A DNA stretch of 64,000 nt from Malacoraja senta (Eukaryota): assembly GCA_038087875.1 (NCBI GenBank), contig CM075996.1, positions 5,830,001-5,894,000 on the forward strand. The letters run 5' to 3'. The translations under genes and the position numbers were made by a program. Under the pieces are notes generated by a model. It was given only the letters and a program-made list of their open reading frames with translations, was not told where the DNA came from and made no database searches. Shown here piece after piece: positions 13,336 through 24,890 of this stretch (positions are counted from its first letter, which is position 1; the number at the start of each line of letters is the position of its first letter).

Positions 13336-13569
13336 GTCAGTGCCTGGTTACCAGGAGGAAGGGATGAGGGGAGTGGGGAGCGGGGTTGTGTTGGGGAGAA
13401 AACAGTGGTGAATGGTGTGAGAATGGCTGACTGTGGTACTCCTGTCATGTGTGGGCTTGATGTGAGTGAGCAGAGGGAGGGCGGGGGGGGGTTAGTGGCT
13501 GGTGCTGGTTCAGGGCTGTGCGGACCTGGGAGAGAGTGTGGGGGGGGGGGGGGAAATGATGGAGCCTTA

Positions 13570-13925
13570 AGGGCCTGTCCCACTGTACGAGGTAATTCAA
13601 GAGTCCTCCCGAGTTTTCCCCTGATTCGAACTCGGAGAATGTCCGTAGCGGGTCCATAGGGGTTCGTGGATGTCTCGTAGCGGCTCGTACGAGTAACGGT
13701 AGGTACTCGGAAAATCCGGTAAACTCGTGACGTTTTTTCAACACTGAAAGATGTCCACGAGTAAAAAAAATACTCGTGATGAAAAAAATGGTTACTTTTT
13801 ACTCGTACGAGCCGCTATGAGACATCCACGAACTCCTACGGACCCGCTACGGACATTCTCCGAGTTTGAATCGGGGGAAAACTCGGGAGAACTCTTGAAT
13901 TACCTCGTACAGTGGGACAGGCCCT
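13570..13925. mobile_element. PIF/Harbinger-type MITE
   Basis: TIR AGGGCCTGTCCCACTGTACGAGGTAATTCAAGAG with long internal inverted symmetry; TTA TSD at 13567-69 and 13926-28. Confidence 0.85.
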
Positions 13926-13944
13926 TTAGGGTTTTGGGGGAGAG

Positions 13945-14600
13945 ATTTAGTTTAGTTTATTGTCACGTGTACCAAGGTACAGTGAAAAGCTTTCGTTTGC
14001 ATGCTCTCCAGTCAAAGAAAAGACTATATATGATTACAATTAAACCATCCACAGTGTATAGATTCAGGATACAATATTTAGTACAAGAAAAATGTCCGAT
14101 TAAGGATTGTTCAAAGGTCTCTAATGCGGTAGATGGGAGGGCAGGACCACTCTCTAGTGGACTGTTCAGTTGCCTGATAACAGCTAGGAAGAAACTGTCC
14201 CTGAATCTGGGGGTGTGCGTTTTCAATCTTCTGTACCTCTTGCCCAATGGGAGAGGCGAGAAAAGGGAGTGACAGGGGTGAGACTGTTTCTTGGTTATGC
14301 TTGTGTCCTTGCCATGGAAGCGTGAAGTGTAGATGGAGACACTGGATAGAAGGTTTGTTTGTGCGATGGTCTGGGCTACATCCACAATTCGCTGCAACTT
14401 CTTGCAGTCTTGGACGGAGCCGTTCTCAAACCGTGCTGTGATGCATCCCGATAAAATGCTTTCCGTGGCGCATCTGTGGAAGTTGGCGAGAGTTGTTGGG
14501 GACATGCCGAACTTCCTAAGTACTAAGGAAGTTCTAAGGAAGTAGAGGTGTCGGTGTGCTTTCTGGGCCACAGCTTGTGGCTGGTCCAAGGCAGATTGCT
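13945..14600 (-). mobile_element. Rex1/Babar-type LINE 3' fragment
   Basis: ORF 13963..14664 has LYFLR..LRKFGMS...ESILSGCITA...HPCHSLFSPLPLGKRYR...RFRDSFF, typical of the Rex1 ORF C-terminus. Confidence 0.8.
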
Positions 14601-14617
14601 GATGATGTCTATTCCCG

Positions 14618-15185
14618 TCACGCAAACCATCCTCCCCGTCCCATCGACTCCATCTACACCTCACGCTGCCTCGGCAAGGCCAGCAGCATAATCAAGGGCG
14701 AGTCACACCCTGGCCACTCCCTCTTCTCCCCTCTCCCATCGCGCAAGAGGTATAGAAGTGTGAAAACGCACACCTCCAGATTCAGGGACAGTTTCTTCTC
14801 GGGTGTTATCAGGCAACTGAACCATCCTGCCAAACAACTCGATACCAGTCCTGAGATACTATCCACGTCATTGGAGACCCTCCGACTATCTTCGATCGGA
14901 CTTTATCTTACAGTAAACGTTATTCATGTTATTCCCTTTCATTTGTACCTGTACACTGTGGATGGCTTGTAGACGTCGCCTATTCCTTCTCTCCATGGAT
15001 GCTGCCTCACCCGCTGAGTTTCTCCATAATTTTTTGTCTACCTTCGATTGTTCCACCATCTGCAGTTCTTTCTTAAACACTGTGGATGGCATGATTGTAA
15101 TCATGTGCGGTACTTCTCTTGACTGGTCAGCACGCAACAAAAGCTTTTTATGGTACCTCAGTGCACGTGACACTAAAACGAAACT
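14618..15185 (+). mobile_element. Second Rex1/Babar-type LINE 3' fragment, inverted relative to the first
   Basis: IDSIYTSRCLGKASSII..SHPGHSLFSPLPSRKRYRS...RFRDSFF plus the same 3' UTR. Confidence 0.8.
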
Positions 15186-15321
15186 CATAGGAACTTGATG
15201 GGGATGGCGGGGGGGGAGGAGAGATGCGGTCACTGTGTGACTCCGTTAGGTCAGTGGGCTTGTGGGCACAGGTATGGGCTGACGATCTACTGACCCCCCC
15301 CCCGGCCTTACTCTGGAGCAG

Positions 15322-15492
15322 ACGCTGGACGAGACGCAGATCTACACGGAGGAGGAGCTGCGACAGTACGAGCGGGAACTGGCTGAGCAGGAGGCTGAGA
15401 TCGCCCACAAGGTGGAGCAGCTGAGGAGGGAGCACGAGGACCTGCAGCGGAGGCAGAGCGAGCTCGACGCCCAGAAGAAAGAATACCATCAG
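15322..15492 (+). CDS. NUCB1: NUCB1 exon, leucine zipper / coiled coil (TLDETQIYTEEELRQYERELAEQEAEI...ELDAQKKEYHQ)
   Basis: gcag|ACG ... CAG|gtgagg, 171 bp, phase 0/0. Confidence 0.93.
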
Positions 15493-15570
15493 GTGAGGGG
15501 CGCCTGGGTTAGCGTTGACGTTTATATTCAGTGCCGCCCCCCCCCCTTCCAACCCTGTGTCCCTGCAGGA

Positions 15571-16013
15571 TAGAAACATAGAAAATAGGTGCAGGAGGAG
15601 GCCATTCGGCCCTTCGAGCCTGCACCGCCATTCAATATGATCATGGCTGATCATCCGACTCGGTATCCTGTACCTGTCTTTCTCTCCATACCCCCTGATC
15701 CCTTTAGCCACAAGGGCCACATCTAACTCCCTCTTAAATATAGCCAATGAACTGGCCTCAACTACCTTCTGTGGCAGAGAATTCCAAAGATTCACCACTC
15801 TCTGTGTGAAAAAAAAAAGTCTCATCTCGGTCCTAAAAGACCTCCCCCTTATCCTTAAACTGTGACTCCTTGTTCTGGACTTCCCCAACATCGGGAACAA
15901 TCTAGCCTGTCCAACCACTTAAGAATTTTGTAAGTTTCTAGAAGATCCCCCCTCAATCTTCTAAATTCTAGCGAGTACAAGCCGAGTCTATCCAGTACAA
16001 GCCGAGTCTATCC
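15571..16013 (-). mobile_element. CR1/HER1 LINE 3' fragment
   Basis: RLFPMLGKSRTRSHSLRIRG...LWNSLP peptide and CTATGTTT tail. Confidence 0.85.
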
Positions 16014-17148
16014 AGGATGCCGGAGCGAGGGAGGAAAGAGGACATTATGGAGTTCCAAGTAGGTAAAGCCACTGTGTCTCAGCTCCAGCATCCATGGGTC
16101 AACCCTGACCTCCGAATGCCAGCTGTGTGGAGTTTACCCATTCCCCCGTGACCACGTGGGTTTCCTCTGCACGTTCTGATTCTTAGCACCCACTTCCCAA
16201 AGATGTGGAATCACAGAGTGGTACAGCATGGAAACAGGCTCTTTGTCCCAACCCTGCCATCAAAAATGCCCCATCTTAATCAGTCCACATTTGCCCATGT
16301 TGAGCCCGTATCCCACTAAACCTCTCCTATCCATATACCTGCCCAAATGTCCTTTAAATGCTACACGTATTATAGAAACTGCTTCAACTGCCTCCTTTGA
16401 CAAAAAAAGACACAAAGTGCTGGAATTACTTAGATGTTCAGGCAGGCCTGACCTAAATCACTCCAGCACTTTGGACTTTTTTTTTAATAAACCAGCATCT
16501 GCAGTTCATTGTGTCTACCCCCCCCTTGATAGCTTGCCCATGTGGTTCCTATTCTTATTCAGGGTCCCCTTTCCCTGGGTAAAAACGACGTTCACCCTGT
16601 CGATTCGCTGCAGGATTTTATACACCTCTATAAGATCACCCCTCGGCCTCTTGCACTTCAAGGAATAACTCCTAGCCTGCCCAACCTTTCCCTATAGCTC
16701 AGGCACTTGAACCATGCAATATCCTCGTACACAGCGTGCAAGTTAACAGGTGAATTGGCTGTAAATTGCCTCTGGTGAGAAGGTGATTAGTAGAGCGGGA
16801 GCGAGGGGTATGGGAGTGTGAAGGGAAACAGAATTAGTGTGAAATGGGTGCTTGGTGGGACTTGAGGGATGTAAGGGCCTGTTTCTGTGACAGCACATCC
16901 TTTTGGTGGCCATTGGAAAGTATCACTGACACTGTTTGTGACCCAAATACATCCTTCCCTAGCCATGGTTCTCAGACCAATTGTTGCTACTGAGGGAGTA
17001 ATTCGGTATTGACCAGCAATCAGCTCATGGGTGGTGAGTCCTTATGCAGACTACTAACAATGACCATCCCAGTACGGGGATGGCGTTGCTACTTCTCCCA
17101 CTCGCCACCTGACGGCCCCTTCCCTGACTTCTCTCTCTTGTGATCCAG

Positions 17149-17250
17149 GCCTTGCAGCAGATGGAGCAGAAGAAATCCCAGCAGAAAGACAAAGCCCCCC
17201 TTCTGGTCCTGGAGGAGAGCTGAAATTCCAGCCCCCTGAAGCAGCGGCAG
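17149..17250 (+). CDS. NUCB1: NUCB1 penultimate exon (ALQQMEQKKSQQKDKAP[P]SGPGGELKFQPPEAAA), with an apparent 1-bp deletion
   Basis: ccag|GCC ... GCAG|gtaagg. The conserved GELKF motif is out of frame after the C6 run at 17195-17200; as written the frame stops at TGA 17221-17223. Confidence 0.85.
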
Positions 17251-18461
17251 GTAAGGAGATAAGTAAGTAAGTTTATTGGCCAAGCATTCACATACAAGGA
17301 ATTTGCCTTGGTGCTCCGCCCACAAGTAACAACATGACACACAGTGACAGTTACGAATGACTCAGAAAACACTAAACATTAATAATAATGAAACATTAAT
17401 GATAAAACACCATTGATCAAGCATGTGAACCAACAAAATACCAGATCAAAGGGAGGCTACAGATTTTTGGCTGTTGAGTAGAGCAACTACTCGTGGATAA
17501 AAACTGTTTTTATGTCTGGCTGTGGCAGCTTTGACAGTCCGGAGTCGCCTTCCAGAGGAAAGTGATTCAAAGAGTTTGTGGCCAGGGCGAGGGTCAGAGA
17601 TGATCTTGCCCGCTCGCTTCCTGGCCCTTGCAGATCTGATGTTGAGATAAGCCTTATCGTCTCCAGATCATTCTGGTGATCAGTTGTGTTGGTAACCTTG
17701 TCACCCATGTTCAATGTGTATACCTTCTCCAAGGACCTTCCTCTCCCATCGACACCATGGCATTGAAAGCCTTCTCCGGACATGAAGGCATTGTCAAAAC
17801 TAAAGGCTGCCACATGTAGATGTGTGATCCTCCTCTGGTCTAATCACAACTGAACGTCGTTTAGTTGAGTTTGGTTGATTGTCATGTGTACTGAGGTACA
17901 GTGAAAAGCTTTTGTTGCACCCTAACCAGTCAGCGGGAAGACAATACATGACTACAATCGAGCCATCTACAGTGTACAGACACATGATGAAGGGAATAAC
18001 GTGTCGTGCAAGATAAAGTACAGCAAAGTCCGATTAAAGATAGTCCGAGGGTCTCAAATGAGGTAAATGGCGGCACGGGACCGCTCCCTGGTTGTTGAGA
18101 GAATGGTTCAGTTGTCTGATAACAACCTTGGAAGAAACTGTCTGTCCCCGATTTTGGAGATGTGCATTTTCCACTTCTGTGGCCAGCTCACACACACGCA
18201 CACACAGTCGCCTGGCCTGGGCACCATCCTAGACCAACATGTTGGATTATTAACTCTCCTTTGAAATGGCATAACCAACTACAGGTGACTTGATATGGGC
18301 CACAACCACTAATCCATATTGATTTAATGGCCCTTCATAACTGAGAAAGTCCACCAGCAAATGTCAGTAGGTGCAGTTAAACCTGATCAGAATCTTCCTT
18401 ATCTTGTTAATTGGCAGCTCAGTGGTTCATTTGGCCCAGAATGTCTATGTCAGACTACTTA

Positions 18462-18667
18462 AGGGCCTGTCCCACTTTCACGACCGAATTCACGACCTTC
18501 TTTACTCGTGAACATTTTTCCATCAGGCTAGAAAAACGCCCCGACCTACTTGATGCCACGAGTACCTACGACCAGCATCACGGCCTACCTACGACCTCGT
18601 GACGACCATGCTGCGAGTATGAGTCAAGGGCAAACTCGGCAGAGGTCGTGAAAGTGGGACAGGCCCT
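18462..18667. mobile_element. PIF/Harbinger-type MITE (short)
   Basis: TIR AGGGCCTGTCCCACTTTCACGACC; TTA TSD at 18459-61 and 18668-70. Confidence 0.85.
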
Positions 18668-19445
18668 TTAGACTAATGGGTAGGAAGGAACCGCAGATGC
18701 TGGTTTAACCGAAGATAGACACAAAATGTTGGAGTAACTCATCGGGACAGGCAGCATCTCTGGAGAGAAGGAATGGGTGACGTTTCGGGCCGAGACCCTT
18801 CTTTAGACTGCAACAGTTAAAAAGGAATCTGAAGAATGATCCCAACCCAAAACGTCACCCATCCTTTTTCTCAGGGATACTATCTGACCCGTTGAGTTAC
18901 TCCAGCACTTTGTGTCTATCTTTGTATAAACCACCATCTGCAGTTCTTTGTGTCTACTCAAGATTCTATTGTTTAGCTTTGGGTTGATTATCATCACAGG
19001 TACCATGGTATAGTGAAAAGCATTAGTTTGCATGCCATCCAATCATATATATATTATTTATATAAATACACTCAAGTGACACTTAAGTAGGATAGACAGA
19101 CCAAAGGGGAAGGTACAGAGTGCAGAATATAGGAATAGGAATACTTTATTGTCACATCTGACAAGGCACAGTGAAGTTCTTTGCTTGCATACCCAATGTA
19201 TAAAGTTCACGGCACTGTAACGCATCAGGATTTGGCTTATCTTGGAAGATGATAGCTCAGTAGGTCATTTGGTCAGAATGTCTATGTCAGACCACTTGGG
19301 CCGCTCAACATTTCAGAGGTTCAGTGCTTAATACCATCTGCGTTAGTGGGATTGGGCTCATTGATGAATTGTTTGGATGTTGAGCTCCCCAGCTCTGCCA
19401 GCTGTTAAATTTGGGTAAACTTTGTTGCATCTCTGGATCTTTCAG

Positions 19446-19710
19446 ATGTCCGAGCTCCAGTCAATGAACCAGCGCAGGTGCAGCCCGAGGTAGAGCGACT
19501 GACCGTGCACCTGGACACCAGGCGGATCATCCACTGCCACCTGGTCAACAGGCTGATCATCCACTGCCACCTGGACACCAGGCTAACCATCCACTGCCAC
19601 CTGGACACCAGGCTAACCATCCACTGCCACCTGGTAACCAGGCCGGTCCACCAGCACCGGCTGCCCATGATCCCGAGGAGAAGCATGCAGAACAGGCCGT
19701 GCCGTTATAG
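19446..19710 (+). CDS. NUCB1: Probable NUCB1 terminal coding exon; end frame uncertain (stop at 19708-10 or 19772-74)
   Basis: The tttcag|AT acceptor fits phase 1 (D-V-R-A-P-V..). It contains a 30-bp tandem repeat and is followed by non-repetitive UTR-like sequence and AATAAA. Confidence 0.65.
19508..19643 (+). repeat. 30-bp tandem repeat, about 4.5 copies (CACCTGGACACCAGGCTAACCATCCACTGC)
   Basis: Directly visible. Confidence 0.95.
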
Positions 19711-20447
19711 TGATCTCAAGCATCTGACTGTCCATAAATCACTGTTCGAAGCAGCAGGATCAGATTCTGCTTAATCAGGGGTATTCATCCTTTATAAGTC
19801 TGTCATACAGAATATTTTATAGTTCACACCTTGCACTGTACCCATCGTTTGTCCTGTCGCTCTTGCTTTGAACGTCACATCGCCATGCCTCCCTCTTCTG
19901 CTGACTGGGAGCATAATCCCACATACGCTGGCTGCTGGTCACGGCGGGTTGAGTTGAGAGGAAGCTCCTCGTTGCGTACTGGGCAAAGGGAAAGCGGGCA
20001 AGATTTTTTTTTGGTTCTTGATGACCCGACGCTGTAGTGGAGGACAAGCAGGTGTCCAAGTGCGTGCTATAGATGAGCGATCACAAGCCCAGGCTTTGTT
20101 TCCGCAATGATGCCCAACCTTGCTCTTCTGACGTGTCCCAAGCCGCTGACTCGTCCCGTTTTGGTTTCTCCCGTTTACTTTGAATGGATCCCGCGGGGTG
20201 TGCGAAGGTGTTTCAATGTTTTAGAATATTGCAGAATGATTTAAAACCTGTGCCCACAGCAACAGAGAATGAGATACATTAATGGTGGAAATTCTACCAA
20301 TGGAGCTCGAGCTTCCTGGCCACATGCTGTCCCTGCTGAGAGGCAGCAAGGGAGGAATTGAGCATCTGATTTTTAAAATAATGCACTTTTTTAAGCATTC
20401 GATGCAAGGTTGAGAATTGTGTGTTTTGAATTAATGAGCATTTGTGA

Positions 20448-20453
20448 AATAAA
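20448..20453 (+). terminator. Candidate NUCB1 polyadenylation signal
   Basis: AATAAA at the end of the unique 3' UTR-like region, followed by GT-rich sequence. Confidence 0.6.
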
Positions 20454-20824
20454 GGGTGTGACTGGGCCATTGTGGTGACGTCTTATTCCACTTTTCCCGA
20501 GAGTAGAACACATGCATACTTTAGTTTAGCAATACAGCCCTACAGGACACAGGCCCTTCGGCCCACTGAAGGATGTGCTGGCTCTGGAGAGGGTCCAGAG
20601 GAGGTTTGCAAGAATGATCCAGGAATGAGTGGGTTAACATATGATGAACGTTTGATGAAACTGGGCCTCATTATGAAGAATAAGGGAAGGGGGGAGGGGA
20701 CCTCATTGAAATGCACAGAATAGAAGGTACAGAAGGCTTGGATAGAGTGGAAGTGGAGAGGATGTTTCCACTAGTGGGGGAGTCCAATGCTGTATGACTC
20801 GGTGATTCTATCTTTGGTCAGTAA

Positions 20825-21130
20825 TCAAGTCAAGTCAAGTCACATTTATTTATATAGCACATTTAAAAAACAACTCTCGTTGGCCAAAGTGCTTTACATT
20901 TGTTATAAGAATAGCATAAACAAAACAAACTACATACATATATACATATAGCCCTCGCTCAGAGGACGTCAGGAAAGGCTTGGGAGTATAGATAAGTTTT
21001 TAGTCTTGACTTAAAAGAGTCGATGGAGGGGGCAGTTCTGATTGGAACAGGGGATGCTGTTCCACAGTCTAGGGGCTGCAACCGCAAAGGTGCGGTCACC
21101 CCTGAGCTTATGCCTAGACCGTGGATATTC
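20825..21130 (-). mobile_element. L2-type LINE 3' fragment
   Basis: PVPIRTAPSIDSFKSRLKTYLYSQAF* and a (CTTGA)n tail; a second copy lies at 42160-42600. Confidence 0.75.
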
Positions 21131-21859
21131 AGCAACCGTGGGATATTCAGCAACCGTGGGGTAATGGTGAAATCCTATCAACACATGGCAAGACCAGCTG
21201 ACCTAAATGGGTGGCACTGTGCAAATTATTTCTGGAGAGATCACATTTGCCCTCACTCGTCTTTTCCATTTTACCCACCTATAAAAACTCATGACATCTA
21301 TTTCTGTTTCTTGATAATTTACTCCCATTCTCTTGGCTTGATTGATTTCTTGGCCTTTCTTTGCCAATTTCTAAAAATGCTCTCAATCCTCGGGCTTCTT
21401 GCTCTTTCTGCTAACTTTAATTTCTCTTGTCAGCAAAAGATGAACCACTTTTTAAATTGGATTCCCCACGAATAGATGAAAGTGAATCTTTCTGCAAATT
21501 ATGCAATATTTCCTAACGTAATCATTGCCAGTCATACCAGTAATGAAGCATTTTCTCCAACCACCCACAGCTAATTTGTCCTACCTTAAATTCCTTTCAT
21601 ACCCTAGTTTCAGATCAAACTGCATCACATTCAAGCTCAATGTAAAACTCATTATGGTCACTCTTCCCTGACAGCCCTTTTACAATAAGATTGACAATCT
21701 TTTTCACTGCACAAAATGAGCTCTCGATAGCCTTTTTCCCCCAGTTGATTCCTTAACCTGCTGATCTAGAAAAACATTTTTAATTCATCCTTCACATTTT
21801 CACGACTTGAAACTTGTCCCTTCTACACAAAGTATTCCATGATTAGACATTAGGGTGAT

Positions 21860-22110
21860 CCAGCAGTAGAGTTGCTGCCTTACAGCACCAGGGACCCAGG
21901 TTCGATCCTGACTACGGGTGCTGTCTGTACGGAGCTTCCCTGTGACCGCGTGGGTTTTCTCTGTGTGCTCTGGTTTCCTCCAAAATTCCAAGGACGTGCA
22001 AGTTTGTAGGTTAATTGGCTTCTGTACATTGTCCCTAGTGTGGGATAGAACTAGTGAACGGATTGGCGCAGACATGTCAGGCTGAAAGGCCTATTTCCCC
22101 ACTATCTCTA
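21860..22110 (+). mobile_element. V-SINE/HE1-type SINE
   Basis: AGAGTTGCTGCCTTACAGC...GGTTCGATCCTGACT tRNA-like head. Confidence 0.7.
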
Positions 22111-23252
22111 ATCGAAACCTTTTATATGCTCTGATTTCATGATTTGTCATTCCATAGAATATAATAGAATAGAATAGAAACTTTATTTGCCACACGACCA
22201 GGGTTGGTGGTAATTGGGTTCGGTACATTATTACAACTACTACAATTTGGTGGCTTATGAATAACTTCCAATGTTTAGCCCTTCACCATATCTTAGCACC
22301 ACCCAAATCAATCTACATTTTATAAGATCTGCCTGGACAAAGATTCCCCTCTGCTATATTGAGCTCATCCTTAAGAGCTACCCACCCTATCCTCGTCACC
22401 CCTAATGTTAAATATCTTTGACTATTCGGCTCTCAGCTTTGTTCACACTTCTGCCACATTTTTGTAATTGATGGTGCTGGAGCTGGTTTAATCCTGATCT
22501 CAGCTGATGCCAGCATGGAATTTGCACGTATTTTCTGTGGTTGCATCATGGCCTGGTACTCCTTCTTGCGTATGGCGTGCACAGCCTAAAGTTGTAGGAC
22601 AACTTGTTCTATTTGATTGCATTTGTCGAGACAGGTTGCAACATGAAGGTTGCAATCACCCACCCCGCCTGGTACTCCAATTACAACACATAGGAATGCA
22701 GTAGTCTCCAGAGAGTGGCAGACATAGGTAGCAGAGTCCATCATAGGCATCTGCATGAGACCCTGTCTCAATGTAATGGCATGTCATCAAGGATTCCTAC
22801 CATCCAGTTAAGCCCTCTTCTCATTGCTACCATTAAGCATGATGGATCGAAGCCCAACTGGTGCAGAAACACCTACTTCCTACCAATATCAGGCTCTTAA
22901 AACCAACCCTCCACGCTAATCCTACCTCAGAAACAGAACACTACTGGGACTACCATGGGTACAAATGTTTGTGTTATCGTCCAAGTTTGTGCACCTGTGT
23001 TGCTACTGCAATATTTTCATTATACTTATACCTCGCTGTATTTGTGCATATGATGATAAACTCTATTTACCACAGGTTTCCCCCCCAAAAACAAGTTAAT
23101 TAGCCAGTTCAAAAATCTAGAGATAATTGATTTTGCTGCTTTATGCTTTTATTCCAAGCTTTGGTCCAATTTGCCTATTAACTCCACTTCCCAAATTCAT
23201 TAAACAAACAGGAGTCTGGAATTGAGAATAGGAATAGTGTCAGAAATAATCC

Positions 23253-23258
23253 TTTATT
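23253..23258 (-). terminator. Candidate PPP1R15A polyadenylation signal
   Basis: TTTATT on + (AATAAA on -) about 640 bp after the stop; a second candidate is at 23148-23153. Confidence 0.45.
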
Positions 23259-23899
23259 AGACAAACAACAGAATAAATATCAAATGTCTACATTGCACTG
23301 AGTTGCATTCAAATTTCAAATCCACAAGGAGGTAGTTGAGGCAGGGACTATCACAATGTTTAAGAAACAGACAGGTACATGAATAATAGACAAAAATGCT
23401 GGAGAAACTCAGCGGGTGAGGCAGCATCTATGGAGCGAAGGAAATAGGTGACGTTTCGGGTCGAAACCTTCCTCAGACTGAAGAATAGATGCTGCCTCAC
23501 CCGCTGAGTTTCTCCAGCATTTTTGTCTACCTTCGATTTTCCAGCATCTGCAGTTCCTTCTTAAACAGGTACATGGATAAGACTGGTTGAGGGATATGGG
23601 CCAAACGCAAGCCGGGGAGACTAGTGTAGATGGGACATGTTGGCCGGTGCGGGCAAGTTAGGGAGTTTCCACATTGTATGACGATGATCAGACAGACAGA
23701 AACAAAGGCCCAATAATGAGACTGCTCTTGTTACAATTTCTGATGGGAACACTTATAGAGGGAGTGTCAAGAACATCTTCCCATAGCTAAAGTCAAACAA
23801 CTGTAGTATATGCTAGATAAATACAAAATACTGGAAATATTCAAGTCATGGCTCATCTGTGGAAGAGAATGGAGTCAATGTTTTGGGTCTGAGAGACTG

Positions 23900-24151
23900 T
23901 CAGTGTTTTCTGTTTTTGTTTGTCTCCAGTAGTACTTGGTCTGTCTCCTCTGGTTCTTGGTATTTAGTCCACACAGCCAGTCGGTGCTTCGGATCCAAAC
24001 AGAAGGCAATCGCCGCCTCTGTATTGGCAATGCGACGCTGGAACCTGCTCCGATCACGCGCGTGCTGCTCCCAGGGACCCTTGCGAGCGGCTCGAGAGGC
24101 AAAGTCCCACACAATCATCCGGTGGACTTTAACCACGGGACAGAATCGAAC
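23900..24151 (-). CDS. PPP1R15A: PPP1R15A/GADD34 last coding exon (PP1-binding / eIF2alpha-phosphatase domain)
   Basis: Acceptor ctcctccag|GTT; VRFCPVVKVHRMIVWDFASRAARKGPWEQHARDRSRFQRRI...CLDPKHR. VRF, AARxGPWE and ARDRSRF are 15A-like rather than 15B-like; PLEKHA4/NUCB1 synteny agrees. Confidence 0.9.
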   Translation of the reverse strand, partial: VRFCPVVKVHRMIVWDFASRAARKGPWEQHARDRSRFQRRIANTEAAIAFCLDPKHRLAVWTKYQEPEETDQVLLETNKNRKH

Positions 24152-24560
24152 CTGGAGGAGAAAGTAACATGGGCCATGAAGATATTCCCCCACAACTTTG
24201 GCTAATGCAGTGACTGGAAACACCCACATTTTTCCTTTGTTCACATTTGGCACATCTGCTACAAATGTCCTTTGTTTAAAATTCACATTTATATCAACTT
24301 ATAGACTCGAACGTCTCAGTATACTGTTCCTATACACTTGCACAATCAAAATTGCGTATGTATTGTAATACCTTGGACAAAAGAAATTTCATTGCACCTC
24401 AGATAGGAAAGGTTGAGGGATATGGGCCAATTTGAAGCAGGTGGACCTGGTGTAGATGGGGCATTTCAGTCAGCATGGCTTGGTTGCACATCTATGACAC
24501 CCCAGATAGTTACTTCATACACATGCTTAATGTCACAACCAAATTCTGGTTTGTTAACCA

Positions 24561-24890
24561 TTGTTCCCAATTTTGGGCGAGTCCAGAACCAGGGGCCACA
24601 GTCTTAGAATAAAAGGGAGGCCATTTAAGACTGAGGTGAGAAAAATCTTTTACATCCACAGAGTTGTGAATTTGTGGAATTCGCTGCCACAGAGGGCAGT
24701 GGAGGCCAAGTCACTGGATGGATTTAAGAGAGAGTTAGATAGAGCTCTAGGGGCTAGTGGAATCAAGGGATATGGGGAGAAGGCAGGCATGGGTTACTGA
24801 TTGGGGCGATCGGCCATGATCACAATGAATGGCGGTGCTGGCTCGAAGGGCCGAATGGCCTCCTCCTGCACCTATTTTCTATGTTTCTAT
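24561..24890 (+). mobile_element. CR1/HER1 LINE 3' fragment
   Basis: [18 protein letters not shown]...LWNSLP. Confidence 0.85.

Noticed and set aside
20500..23200. TULP2 or another gene between NUCB1 and PPP1R15A
   Set aside because: Only decayed LINE and SINE pieces were recognised; no tubby-domain peptide was seen.
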